Origin: Azolla caroliniana
Lineage: Eukaryota > Plantae > Polypodiophyta
Length of the DNA: 64,000 nucleotides
NCBI GenBank assembly: GCA_043228905.1
Contig: JBHGNT010000020.1
Span: 4,898,001 to 4,962,000 of the forward strand
Direction of reading: 5' to 3'
This document shows, piece after piece, positions 36,201 to 48,514 of this stretch. The notes below the pieces were generated by a model that did not search any database, was not told where the DNA came from, and saw only the letters and a list, made by a program, of their open reading frames with translations. Each line of letters opens with the position of its first letter. Position 1 is the stretch's first letter. Both the position numbers and the translations under genes were made by a program.

Positions 36201-39200
36201 TGTTACCGGCCGGCAAAGGAGTCCAGAGTGTGAAATGGGGAGTTATTTAATTAGTAGGAATGGTTGTAAGTAAGCTATGAGTGTGGACGGACGGACCGGA
36301 ATCGGTATGCCGTTCCGGATCCGGACCGATCCCGAATAGGTGCGGATGGCACTGTTTTGTAATACAGACCGAAAACCTATTTAAAGGCCCGGATACAATG
36401 TAATGAACAGCGGTTAATTAATAAAGCTTAGTGTTGTTATCTCTCTGTGTTAATTGTCGTTCTGCATTCATGGTTATATCTTACGCGTGTGATTATTAAA
36501 GACGATCATGCTAAGTAACCTAATTAAGTCGGATTAATCGTTGAGTTTAATCCTGTTGCCGTAACACCTCTTTGGTGAAGTGTCTTCCGTAGACACCCTG
36601 TGTTAGGCCATTGTCCGGCCCTAAGAGTTAACACAGTTTTTGGCGACCACAATTCCTGTTTTTGCATCGAACGACGGCACGGATGGATGACTAGATCAAT
36701 GCACGACCTGGTTACAGATCGAACTCAACGCCTTGCCGAAAGGCAAAGGAGACGTGAGGCTTTCCAGCAAGCGGCGCAAGAAATTAGAGCAGATCGCTCG
36801 TTTTCCAATGTAATCCGGAGAGTAGCGGAGGACTCCCTCTGGTTACAGCAAACATCGCACCCGGACGACGGTAGCAGCCTAAGCAGCCTCCGGGAAACCG
36901 AATCCCTTCTCCAGGCGTTGGCAAACGGAGAAGGCGAAGCAGAAACCTTTTCAGCGTATGAATCGGACTCCGAAGGGGAATACAGCGTGCACACGAACTA
37001 CCGTAGCAGCAACGAAACCCCAGGCGGACCGGAGGACGAAGGATCAGATACCTTACCGACACCAGAACCGGAAGTGCTAACGCTGGAACCCCCGGAACCA
37101 GCAGAGGAAGAGCGACCTCCGACACCGGAAGTCGAAGAGGAGAGGCCTCCATCACCAAATGAAGAGGAAAGACCACCGACGCCGAAGAAAATCCCGGAAC
37201 GAGCACCAACACTGCCAGCCCGCGCACCGATACCGGACGACGACATGCCGTTCCAGTACTCCAAGTATAGAGATGATCCGGACGCGGAAGCTCATGTGCA
37301 TGCCTTTGAACAGACATGGGAAGCCAACCATGTGTCCCATCGATTGACCCCGGATGAAGAGGAACACTCTAAGATAGCGGAATTTGGCGTCACATTGGAG
37401 GGACCGGCAGCAAGATGGCGCTGGACACAAGACCCATCTACCATCAACACCTTTGCAGATTTAAAAGCTAAATTCTTGCATTTTTTCCAAAAGGAGGTGG
37501 ACCAGACCGTAATGGTAGGCTTATTTTATACCATCCGACAGGAGGCAGGGGAGAGCATTCCCTAGTTTGTCATCCGGTTTCAACGGATGCATAGTCAGCT
37601 TGCCCGCGCACCCCCGGAGGAGGAATTACGGACTATATTCCTAAACGCGCTCCGGGAACCCCTACGCACGGTTTGCACGGTAATTGACTTCCGCACCAGT
37701 ACCATCGACCAGGTCATTGACCGGGTGAGAGAGATGGAAAAGACAAGCTCCTAGCTCACACTAGGAGCACTCCAACGGGCGTTACCGTCCGATGAAGACC
37801 TCCGGTTTCGGCAAGCAATACAGTGCACACCTGCTTGAATTCCGGACACTCGGCTCTAGAATGCACTATGAGGACGCAATGTGTAATCTGTCAATCCAAG
37901 GGCCATACGACGGATAGGTGCGAGTATAATCTATTGAACCGGCAAGCACCGCCCATCCGACAAATTGAGCCACACAGCAGCTAGGATGAAGAAGAGGAAC
38001 GTTGGCGGCGAATGGACCGCGACCGACCGGAACAAGATGTCCGGTATGGCGATCAACGGGAGAATGATGTCCGGTATGGTGATCGGCGGGATAACTATGA
38101 CTGGCATGATCGGTACTGGGATTACAATAGACGATACGAAAATTACGACCAGGAGCACTCCCCCGAGTATCGTCAGCAACGGGAGGAATACGGCAGATAT
38201 AACGGGCAACCTCATCAAGAGTACCGCAATAAGAAGAGCTATAACAAAAAACGACATTTCAAAAAAGGCGGCTACCCACGAGATCCGGAACAAGGAGCTT
38301 CAAGCAACCAACCGGCCCAAAACCCCGCGCGTACCACAGGACCTGCCTCGGGTACAACAGACAATGCCGAATCTAGCAATACCCGGAAAGCCTACTGCTA
38401 CTACTGCCGACAGGAAGGCCATTATAGTAATCAATGCCCGGTGAAGAGCTATGAAAAACGACCGGAGGTAAATATGGTAGTTCCTGAGGTGGCAGATCTG
38501 CAGCAGGTGACCACAAGGTCGAAGGGCATGGCCAAGGAATGGAAGACGCAGGAGACCATCTGGAAGCAAGCGACAGAATGGGTGAAGAAAGCAAACAAGC
38601 AGAATGTCACAGACTTACAGCGGCAAAAGGAGAACACTGTAGGGCTTGCCAGCGGTAGTCACTCCGAGAACGAGACATGGCAGGCGTTGCAAGAATGCTA
38701 GATTACGCTGCCACTAGGAAGACTCCTACAACTCGTGCCAAGATTCACGGAAGGACTGAAGACGGCCATGACGGCAGGAGAATCATCACCGGCACCGGTA
38801 CTCTTCTCGAATCCGGAGGAGGGACCAACGGTGGTGGACACCAACAATCCGGTAATCACTGCCATTGTAAAAGGGAAAGAACTCCCCGGCACAGTTATAG
38901 ATGGAGGCTCTAGGGTGAATGTAATAAGCCTCCGGACGTGTGATGCCCTAGGAATCCACGAGTGGGAGCCGTGTCCGTTCTGGTTGCGGATGGCCGATAC
39001 AAGCTCAGTGCAGCCGACAGGATTAATACGGAAATTAGAAGTCACCGTGGGCGGTCATACATTTCACATCTCGGCAGTAGTGCTACAATTACAGGCACAA
39101 GGCGCATACCCGCTATTGTTGGGGCGGTCGTGGTTGAAAACGACACATATCAAACAGAATTGGAGGAAAAATATAATTACCTTCCGGCGAGGAAAAGCCA

Positions 39201-40665
39201 AGGTACGGGTACCAACATAGCCAAGGACGAGCACTGGCAAGGAATGTACACCGTTGTATGCAGAGTGCGTCAACATGCTAGAAGGGTTAGTTGACGAAGA
39301 AGAAGCTCACTACTTGCAGGAAAACCCGAAGATCATACCCCTCTTCGAAATTGACATTGCCGAAGCAGTAGCACCATACTTACCGCAACCGGAAGAGGCT
39401 GAAGCTGAACCGGATAAAGACGCAATCCGGGAGTTACGGCAAGCGCAGGAAGCGTTGGAACGGGAAATGGCCGTTTCACAGCGCGTAAAAGCGTCGCAAC
39501 TGGAAGAGGTGAACCTAGGGACCACGGACGAAGCAAATCCGGTGCACATCGCCAAGGAGATGAAGTCCGAGGACAAAACGGCGATGATCACACTTCTCAC
39601 GGAATTTCACTATGTGTTCACCTGGTCATACGAAGACATGCGAGGACTCGACCCTCAGTTATACCAGCATCAGGTTCACTTGAGCAAGGACGCAAAACCA
39701 GTGGCACAAAGACGGTACCGGATGAATCCCAATTATGCCGCCAAAGTCAAGGAGGAAATCGACAAACTGCTAAGAGTTGGCTTTATCCGTCCGGTAAAGA
39801 AAGCGACATGGCTAAGCCCGATCGTAGTCGTACCGAAGAAGAACGGAAAAATTCGAGTTTGTGTGGACTACCGGAAACTCAATGCAGCTACGGTAACGGA
39901 TGCGTTTCCACTTCCGTTCACAGATGGAGTGTTGGATGCCGTCGCCGGCCATGAGTTCTATAGCTTCCTAGACGGATTCAACGGGTATAATCAGATCTGG
40001 TGCACCCCGATGACCAAGAGGAAACGGCTTTCGTCACCGAATGGGGGGTGTTTGTGGCCGTGGTGATGATGTTCGGACTCAAAACGGCACTGGCAACATT
40101 TCAACGAATCATCATGGAAATCTTTGGTGAATATATTCCGGCTTTTATGCAGGTTTTCCTTGACGATTTCGTCGTCTATAGCCGGGAGGAGGACCATTTT
40201 CATCACCTCCGTCTTTGTCTAGAAAAATGTAGAACGTACCGGCTAAGCTTGAATCCGGCAAAGTGTGTATTTGGCGTGTCCAGTGGAACTTTATTAGGAC
40301 ATATTGTGAGCCAGGAAGGTATTGCAGTCGACCCGGACAAAGTGAAAGCCATATTAGAAGCACCGGCGCCGGCAACGGCAAAGGCATTAAGCCGGTTCTT
40401 TGGCCAGATCCAGTGGCACAGCCGGATGCTCCGATACTTGGCCGACCTGGCTACACCGTTGCATGCCGCCGTACATCGGACACCATTTCAGTGGACCGAC
40501 ACCGAGGATAGGGCGTATAGGGCCCTCAAGGTACTATTGTCGCAAGCACCGGTAGTGCAGCCTCCGGATTGGAGTAAAGAATTTCATGTGTTCGTGGACG
40601 CCTTCAACATCGCAATCGGAAGCATACTGATGTAGCTTACGGAGCCGAAGTGGTACCGGCCAGTG

Positions 40666-43600
40666 TGTTGAGAGAAAAGCTCAACATCGGCCGGATCGGC
40701 TGAAGAAGCCGAGGACCGGATCGGTTGGGACCGATCGGTTAGGCTGAGTGCGTAAACCGGGAGGCCGTTAGGAAAGATATTCCGTGAGGAATATGTTTGG
40801 GAGTTAGTGTAGGAGCTCTTGATGAGCATTGAAGTACCGTCAGTACTTCGGTCAGTCCTTCGAGGACTTGTATAAAAGTGTTCATTGAACACACATATGT
40901 ATAGAGTGGTGAATAGAGTGTTGAATATAGTTCTCGCGTTTTTTCTCTCTCTCACTCTCTCTGTCTTTCCCGCGTATACTGCGTAAGCTCAAGCTCTCCA
41001 TTAAACCTGAGCGTTCTTCCTTCTGTTCGGTCTTCATACTTGCTTCCGCACGTTACTTTTTACATGGTATCAGAGCGCGAGGGTTGAGAACCTCTCTGCA
41101 GCCGACACAGCTTGACGAAGAAGAACAAGAAGAACGATGGATAGAGGCATTGCGAGCTCACTTCCAATAGAGAAGCTCGACAGAACCAACTACACGTCTT
41201 GGTCCTACAAGATGCACCAGTACATGCTCGGGCACGGCTACTGGAGTTATGTCGAAGGAGCTAATGACGCGGCACCCGAATCGACACACAGAGACTTCCC
41301 GTCGTGGGAGCAATCGGCAAGCAGGGTATTATACTGCTTCGCGTCGTGTGTGGGCGAACAGCTATTGAGCTATGTTCGGGATGCAAAGACGCCGAAGGGT
41401 GCGTGGGAAAATCTAAAGAAGATTTTCGCCGCGAGCACCACAGCCAGGAAGCTTCAGCTCCGACAGGAGTTGAGCAACCTACGACAACGCGACTTGTCGG
41501 TGGCCGACTATACCTCAAAGATCAAGGATATCTGCAACTCCCTCGTCTCCATAGAGGTGAACATCGAGGAGAGCGAGATAGTCCAGATCTGTCTCGAAGG
41601 TTTGGTGTTGAAGTTCGGAGCATTCCGAACGGCTGTGTGTACCCGGGAGAATACGTCGTCCTTTTTCGACCTACAGTCAATACTCCTGGTAGAGGAGAAC
41701 CACGCGGGTGCGTCTACAAGCACGCACACTGACAGCAGAATGTTGTACACGGAGGGAGATAGGCCCCGTGGACGTGGAGGACGAGGCGAGTCGGTGCGCA
41801 ATACAGGCGGCCGACGAGATCAACGAAGAAGGCACCGAAGTGATGCCAACAACAACTCCGGACCCTCCGGAAACAGGGGGAGTTGAAGCGATGAGAACCG
41901 GCAAGGGAAGGCCATCGCAGAGTGCTGGTACTGTGGCAAGAAAGGCCACAAGGAAAGTGAGTGCTGGAAGAAGCGCGCCGATTCGGAGAGAACCGATTCC
42001 GGAAACGGCTCCGGACATACCGACAAGGGAAATCGGCAGCGATCGCACTACGCCGAAGACTCCGAGAGAGCCGGAGAAGGGTCTGCCTTCGTGACGAGAC
42101 ACGAAGCAAACTCAATGAAATGAACCACCCCGAGATCGGACGAGGTGTGGTACGTAGACTCCGGCGCGTCAAACCACATGATGAGCCATAAGGAGTGGTT
42201 CTCGTACCTTGAAAAACCGATACAACCTAGAGTAGTCGCAACTGGAGACGACACTCCGCATCCGATCGCGAATGTCGGAGAAGTTCCCCTTAGCCATGTC
42301 AAGCAGAAAGGGAAACTCATGAACGTGCTACACGTTCCGACAATCACGAAGAACTTGGTCTCGGTCGGACAGATCGTCGACCAAGGGATGGAGGTTCGGT
42401 TTACACACCTCGGGTGCTTCATTGAGGAAGAAGGCCGTGTGATTGCGCAAGGGCGCAGAGACGGGAGAATGTTCATCCTCGATTCCACTGACGGCGGCAC
42501 CGCAATGTTCGCGAAGGGACGAAAAACCGAGTCGGACATCGACTGGTGGCACAAGAGGATAGGCCACGTCAACTACCAACGGCTTCAAGATCTGCAATCG
42601 AAACAGGTAGTTTTCGGATTGCCCAAATTTAGTGGCCGAAAGGCACAAATTTGTGAAGCCTTCCAGCTCGGGAAGCAACACCGACTTCCTTTCCCCAACG
42701 AGCGAAACCGGAGCCGGAACAAGCTTGACCTTATACACTCCGATGTATGGGGGCCGGCACAAAACGTTAGTCTTGGCGGGAGCCGATATTTCGTCTCCTT
42801 CATCAACGACCACACGCGGTACACGTGGATCTACCTCATTGAGAGGAAGAGCGAAGTCTTCGACTATTTCCGTGACCTCAAAGGGTTCGTGGAAACGGAA
42901 ACGGGACGAAAGATCAAGTGCTTACGGTCAGATGGCGGAAAAGAGTACTTTTCCGGTCAATTCAACGGTTCTCTACAACAAATGGGAATTCGGCGCGAAT
43001 TCAGTTGTAGATACACGCCGGAGCAGAACGGCGTGGCCGAGAGGAAGAATCGGTCAGTTGTGGAAGTGGCACAAGCAATGCTAGAGGAGAAGAGCTTGCC
43101 CAAATTCTACTGGGCCGAGGCGGTAAGGACCACGGTATACATCCAGAACCGGATCGGAGACAAAGTGTCGGCGCACGAGCTATATTTCGGAACGAAGCCG
43201 AACTTGCGACACTTGAGGGTGTTCGGTAGCATTACGTATGTGCATGTACCGAAGGAGAAAAGGAGGAAGCTGGACGCAAAGGCCGAGAAATGCATCTTGG
43301 TCAGTTACTCGGACGAGCAGAAGGGTTATAAGTGCTATAACCCTCGCACCAAACAAGCGCGTGTTAGCCGTGACGTTGTGGTTGACGAGTCCGCGTCCTG
43401 GTACCATCCCCCGACTCCGAACCCAGACTCCAATCCAAGCTCTAACGATGAGGTCAGCGAGGCCGAGATGCCTCCGGCTGAGCCCGAAATCGAGACCCAC
43501 GAAGAGAGTCTAATTTCACTCCGTTTAAGTGGACCGATTGGACGACTGAGTTGGTATGACCAGTCCGATGAAGAGCCGGCGAGCAGTGGAGACTCGGCCG

Positions 43601-46363
43601 TGCATTCCCCGCACAGGAAGCCGAGGAGACGGCTTACGCGCAAAGAGAAAGGGAAGAAGAAGGTGTCGGATTCCGGCACGGATAGGAACGAGTCAGACTG
43701 ACGCGAGTCCGACTCTGAGGGAACCGGTGACGGGACTTTAAAGGTGAAGTCCGCGTCGACCGAAAAGGCCTCGACATCGGCTGATGTGAGATTACGCCGA
43801 TCTACCCGCCAGAAGAACCCTGTTTTGCGGTTCGGGTACAACGAGTACATGGCGCATCATTATGCGTACATGACCCGTATAGCGGAAGTGCGTGAGCCGG
43901 AGAGCTACGCAGAAGCGGCGAAGGACGCGAATTGGCGTGCCGCGATGGAGTAAGAGATGCACGCATTGGCAGAGAACGAGACCTGGGACCTGGTTGACGC
44001 ACCAAGAGGGGTAAAACCGATTGGGTGTAGGTGGGTGTACAAGGTCAAGTACAACATCGATGGCTCGGTCAACCGGTACAAGGCTCGGCTAGCGGCAAAG
44101 GGCTACGCACAGAAACACGGCATCGACTACGATGAAACGTTTGCGCCGGTCGCGAAAATGACGATCGTCCGTGTTTTGCTCGCAATAGCCGCAGCAAAGG
44201 GGTGGCACCTACATCAAATGGATGTAAAGAATGTGTTCCTATAAGGTGACCTTGAGGAACAGGTGTACATGGTACAGCCTCCCGGATTTCACTCTGGAAC
44301 GAACTCCTCGGCAGTATGCTGACTGAAGAAGTCCCTTTACGGACTGAAGCAAGCCCCGCGTGCCTGGAACGTGAAGATCACGCAACAACTGTGTCGGATG
44401 GGCTTCGTCACGTCAAAATCGGACTCTTCCCTGTTCATCCGGAAAGGTCGACTCAGACCGGTTAGTATTTTACTATATGTTGATGACTTGGTCATCACCG
44501 GCGCCGACCTATGTGAAATCGACCGCGTGAAGCTCCAGCTTGTGGCATCGTTTGACATGAAGGATCTGGGGGACCTTCATTACTTCCTCGGGATCGAAGT
44601 GATCCGTACCCCCGAAGGCGTATTGATCAGCCAACGTCATTACGTGTTGAGTATGCTCTTCAAATTCGGGATGGCCGACTGTAAGTCCGTCTCGACTCCT
44701 CTGGACAGAACCGTCAAGCTTCGTCCCGATACGGGAAAGGTATGCGACCCGACGAGGTTCCGACAAATTGTCGGAATCCTTACATACTTGACCATCACCC
44801 GACCCGACCTCAGTTATCCAGTCGGAGTGATCAGTCAGTTCATGGCGCGACCTACCGAGGAGCCCCTTCAGTGTGCGCAACGCATACTTCGGTATGTCAA
44901 CGGCACTAAGGACCGGGGACTGCTATATCGGACCGATGCAGCCGCACAGCTAGTCGGCTACACCGATGCTGATTGGGCTGGCAACGCCGCCGATCGCCGA
45001 TCCACATCCGGATACGCGTTCTCCCTCGGGAGTGCCGCGATCGCGTGGAGCAGTAAGAAGCAGCCGACAGTTGCACTGTCGAGCACCGAAGCTGATTACC
45101 GAGGAGCGGCTGTCGCGACATGCGAAGCCATATGGTTGAAGCGGCTACTTAAGGACCTGCAAGAGGAGGTGTCAGATCCGACGACGATCTACTGCGACAA
45201 CCTCAACAGCATCCAGCTCGCGAAAAACCCCGTTTTCCATGCACGGAACAAGCACATTGAGGTGCACTACCATTTCGTCCGTAAGCGTGTCCTTTCCAGT
45301 GAAGTCGAACTTCAGTACATTCCGACAGATCGGCAGACTGCCGACATCTTCACCAAGCCTCTTGGTCTGGACAAGTTGCGGCAATTCTCAGGTGCGCTCG
45401 GATTGCATCACCTCGACGTGCCAAGCTTGAGGGGGAGAACAGTCCCGAACGACCAAGCAAGACAGCAGGAAAGGAGCGGAGACCGTGACACCACTGAGTC
45501 GGTTGACTCGGTTGACTCGGTTGTCAAGTTCGACATCGGATCAGCTGAAGAAGCCGAGGGCGGACCCGCAAAAAAGTTCAAAAGAGGACAGAAGGGGAGC
45601 AACCGAAGGAGAGAGCCGAAGCCAACCACGCATGGGGAAGATGATGCCACCGAGGTCAAGAAGACCGAAGACGAGTTGGAGACAGCCAACTCGGACGAGA
45701 GCGAAAACCGATCGGAGGTAGCCGAGTCGGTTCGAATGTTTGATTCAGACACGCTGAATCAACCGAGGCCCAAGCGGAAGAAAAGGCAGCAGGAGAAGCG
45801 TCAACACCGCAATAGCAGAAGAGCTTATAAGGGCAGCATGAGCAGACAAGCCGACGGGAAGGGTCGAAGCGCGCGGAGTCGAACAGGTCGAGGAGCGCGA
45901 GCGAGGCGTGAAGCTAGGAGGAACCGGAGCTATGAGCCCGAGGATCCCGAAGAGCCTTGAGTTGAGCTTGAGGGGGAGTGTTGAGAGACAAGCTCAACAT
46001 TGGCCGCATCGGCTGAAGAAGCCGAGGACCGGATCGGTTGGGACCGATCGGTTAGGCCGAGTGCGTAAACCGGGAGGCCGTTAGGAAAGATATTCCGTGA
46101 GGAATATGTTTGGGAGTTAGTGTAGGAGCTCTTAATGAGCATTGAAGTACCGTCAGTACTTTGGTCAGTCCTTCGAGGACTTGTATAAAAGTGTTCATTG
46201 AACACACATATGTATAGAGTGTTGAATATAGTTCTTGTGTTTTCTCTCTCTCACTCTCTCTGTCTCTCCCGTGTATACTGCGTGAGCTCAAGCTCTCCAT
46301 TAAACCTGAGTTTTCTTCCTTCTATTCGGTCTTCATACTTGCTTCCGCATGTTACTTTTTACA
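40666..46363 (+). mobile_element. Full-length copia (LTRs 40666-41064 and 45979-46363)
   Basis: TSD CAGTG/CAATG; PBS 41065-41076; PPT AGGGGGAG 45971-45978. Confidence 0.95.
41137..45960 (+). pseudogene. Copia gag-pol with several in-frame stops and a long charged C-terminal extension
   Basis: ORFs 41137-41886, 42145-43701, 43744-44244 and 44371-45960 share a frame; CWYCGKKGH, VDSGAS, LYVDDL. Confidence 0.92.
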
Positions 46364-48514
46364 CAATGTACTATGCCAGCCGAATGCTATCCCAAGCAGA
46401 ACGGAACTACTCTACCACGGAACGGGAAGCTCTAGGGATGATCTACAGTGTGACAAAGTTTCGGCATTATTTATTGGGAAGAAGTTTTCCTTCCATGTAG
46501 ATCATTTGGCACTCCTTTACCTGGTGTCCAAAGCGTCACTCACCGGCAAATTGGCCCAGTGGACCTAACTGTTACAGGAATTCGAGTTTGAAATATTCCA
46601 CCGACCCGGTATACAGCATGCCGTGGCGGATTACTTAAGCCAATTAGAGTCCGGAGAGACGGGTGATGGAGTAGCGGATGAGTTTCCAAATGCGGAGCTG
46701 TTGCGAGTCACTACGAAAATGGCAGCAGATGAGACGGTGGCACAGGAAGACAAGTGGCTCACAAACATGCACCAGTTTCTGAGCACAGGACTGCCTCCGG
46801 AAGAGATGAACCGGGATGAACGAAAACGCCTAGCGGTGCAAAGCTGACATTTCTGCTTACTACAAGACACACTTTACCACAAGGGCGCGGACGGCATATG
46901 GAGACGGGTTGTGCGCAGCGATGAAAAGGACCTGATACTGAGGGAAGCCCACTGCGGAGTTGCCGGAGGTCACTATGCCGGAGATGCGACGGCCAGGAAA
47001 ATATGGCAAAGTGGCCTATGGTGGCCAATGACATTAAGAGATGCGGTACGGTATGCAAAAGAATGTGACCTATGCTAGCGAATGGGCCAGCCAACGAAGC
47101 AGGCTCGTATGCCACACCAGCCGGTACTACCACTCGAGCCATTCCAGAAGTGGGGGCTGGACTTTGTTGGACCGTTCAAACCACCAGCAATGAGAACGGG
47201 TAATCGGGTCATCATCGTCGCGACGGATTACTGCACGAAATGGGTGGAGGCCAAAGCCTTAAGAGACAACACCGTTGTGTCAACGGCGAAATATCTATAC
47301 AAGTACATCTGGTGCCATTACGGATGCCCAATCGAATTAATAAGCGACCAAGGGGGGTACTTTCTCGGCCAAGTAGTGGAAAGCCTGACGACATTCTATG
47401 CCGTTGTCCATAAACGGAGCACACCATACTATCCACAAGCAAACGGGTTAGCGGAATCGACGAACAAAACACTCCAGAATATCCTCCAGAAGATCGTCAA
47501 CGAAAACCGAACGGATTGGGATACCAAGCTACATAGCGCGCTTTGGGCATACCGGACGGCATACAAAACGAGCATCCGAACAACACCGTTCCGGTTAGTG
47601 TTCGGACTAGAGGCGGTAATGCCGGTGGAATTCCAAGTACCCAACTTACGGATCCAGCTACGGGAACGGCTAAACGAGAAGGAATCGGAGGCAATACGGT
47701 TAACAGCGTTGTGTGAACTCGAGGAACAACGACTAGCAAGCATCCTGCACTTAGAATTGGAACAACGGCGACGGAAAGCATTTGTCGACCGGCACAGGAA
47801 AGGAAACGAAAAAATGTTCGCAATCGGCAAACCGGTGTTAGTATTTCAGACCCGGATGGGCAAGGTGCCGGGTAAACTACGGTTTAGATGGACCGGACCG
47901 TATTGGCTGACACGTGAGTATAATGGGTCCTACTAGTTAGGGACACTTGCGGCGAAGTGCTAGGCAAATGGGTCAACGGATTCCGATTGAAGCCATATAG
48001 AGGACCGATGCCTAAGAACCCATTTGAGCAAAGGACCGACACCGATGAGGGAAATGGCAACCACCAAGACAGCAGAGACGGCGAGCCGGTAACTGGGGAG
48101 AATGAGGCCGGTAAGGGTCCGATAGGACCAACGGACAAGTAACGTCACACTAACAGTAAAAAAAAAGAAGAAAAAAAACGAAGTAATCATGCAAAAGCGA
48201 GGAATGAATGGACGAAAGAGCGAGGAGCGAAAAGGTACGTAGTGGGCATTTAAAGCGCCACGACAGGACATAATGCTATTTTAGTACACAACGTGCACAC
48301 TCGAAAAAGGCGCCAGAATGCACAGAGAAAAACCATTGCGCGTGGAGACCCTTTACTTTCGCGAACCCAGGAGCACAGAAGCACCAAGGCGCTGCAAGAT
48401 CATCAGACGAGAACCTACGCACAGAGAACCCCCGCCTTCTGAACTCTCTCTCTCTCTCAATCTCACTCTCATCACCATCCAACCTCGCCACCGCAATCCG
48501 ACCTCGACACAGAC

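Larger units (their letters stand above)
36687..48142 (+). pseudogene. Gypsy gag-pol with multiple stops, interrupted in RNase H by copia 40666-46363
   Basis: Colinear with 18927-24791; KWYRPV|YYASR is split by the insertion. Confidence 0.92.
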
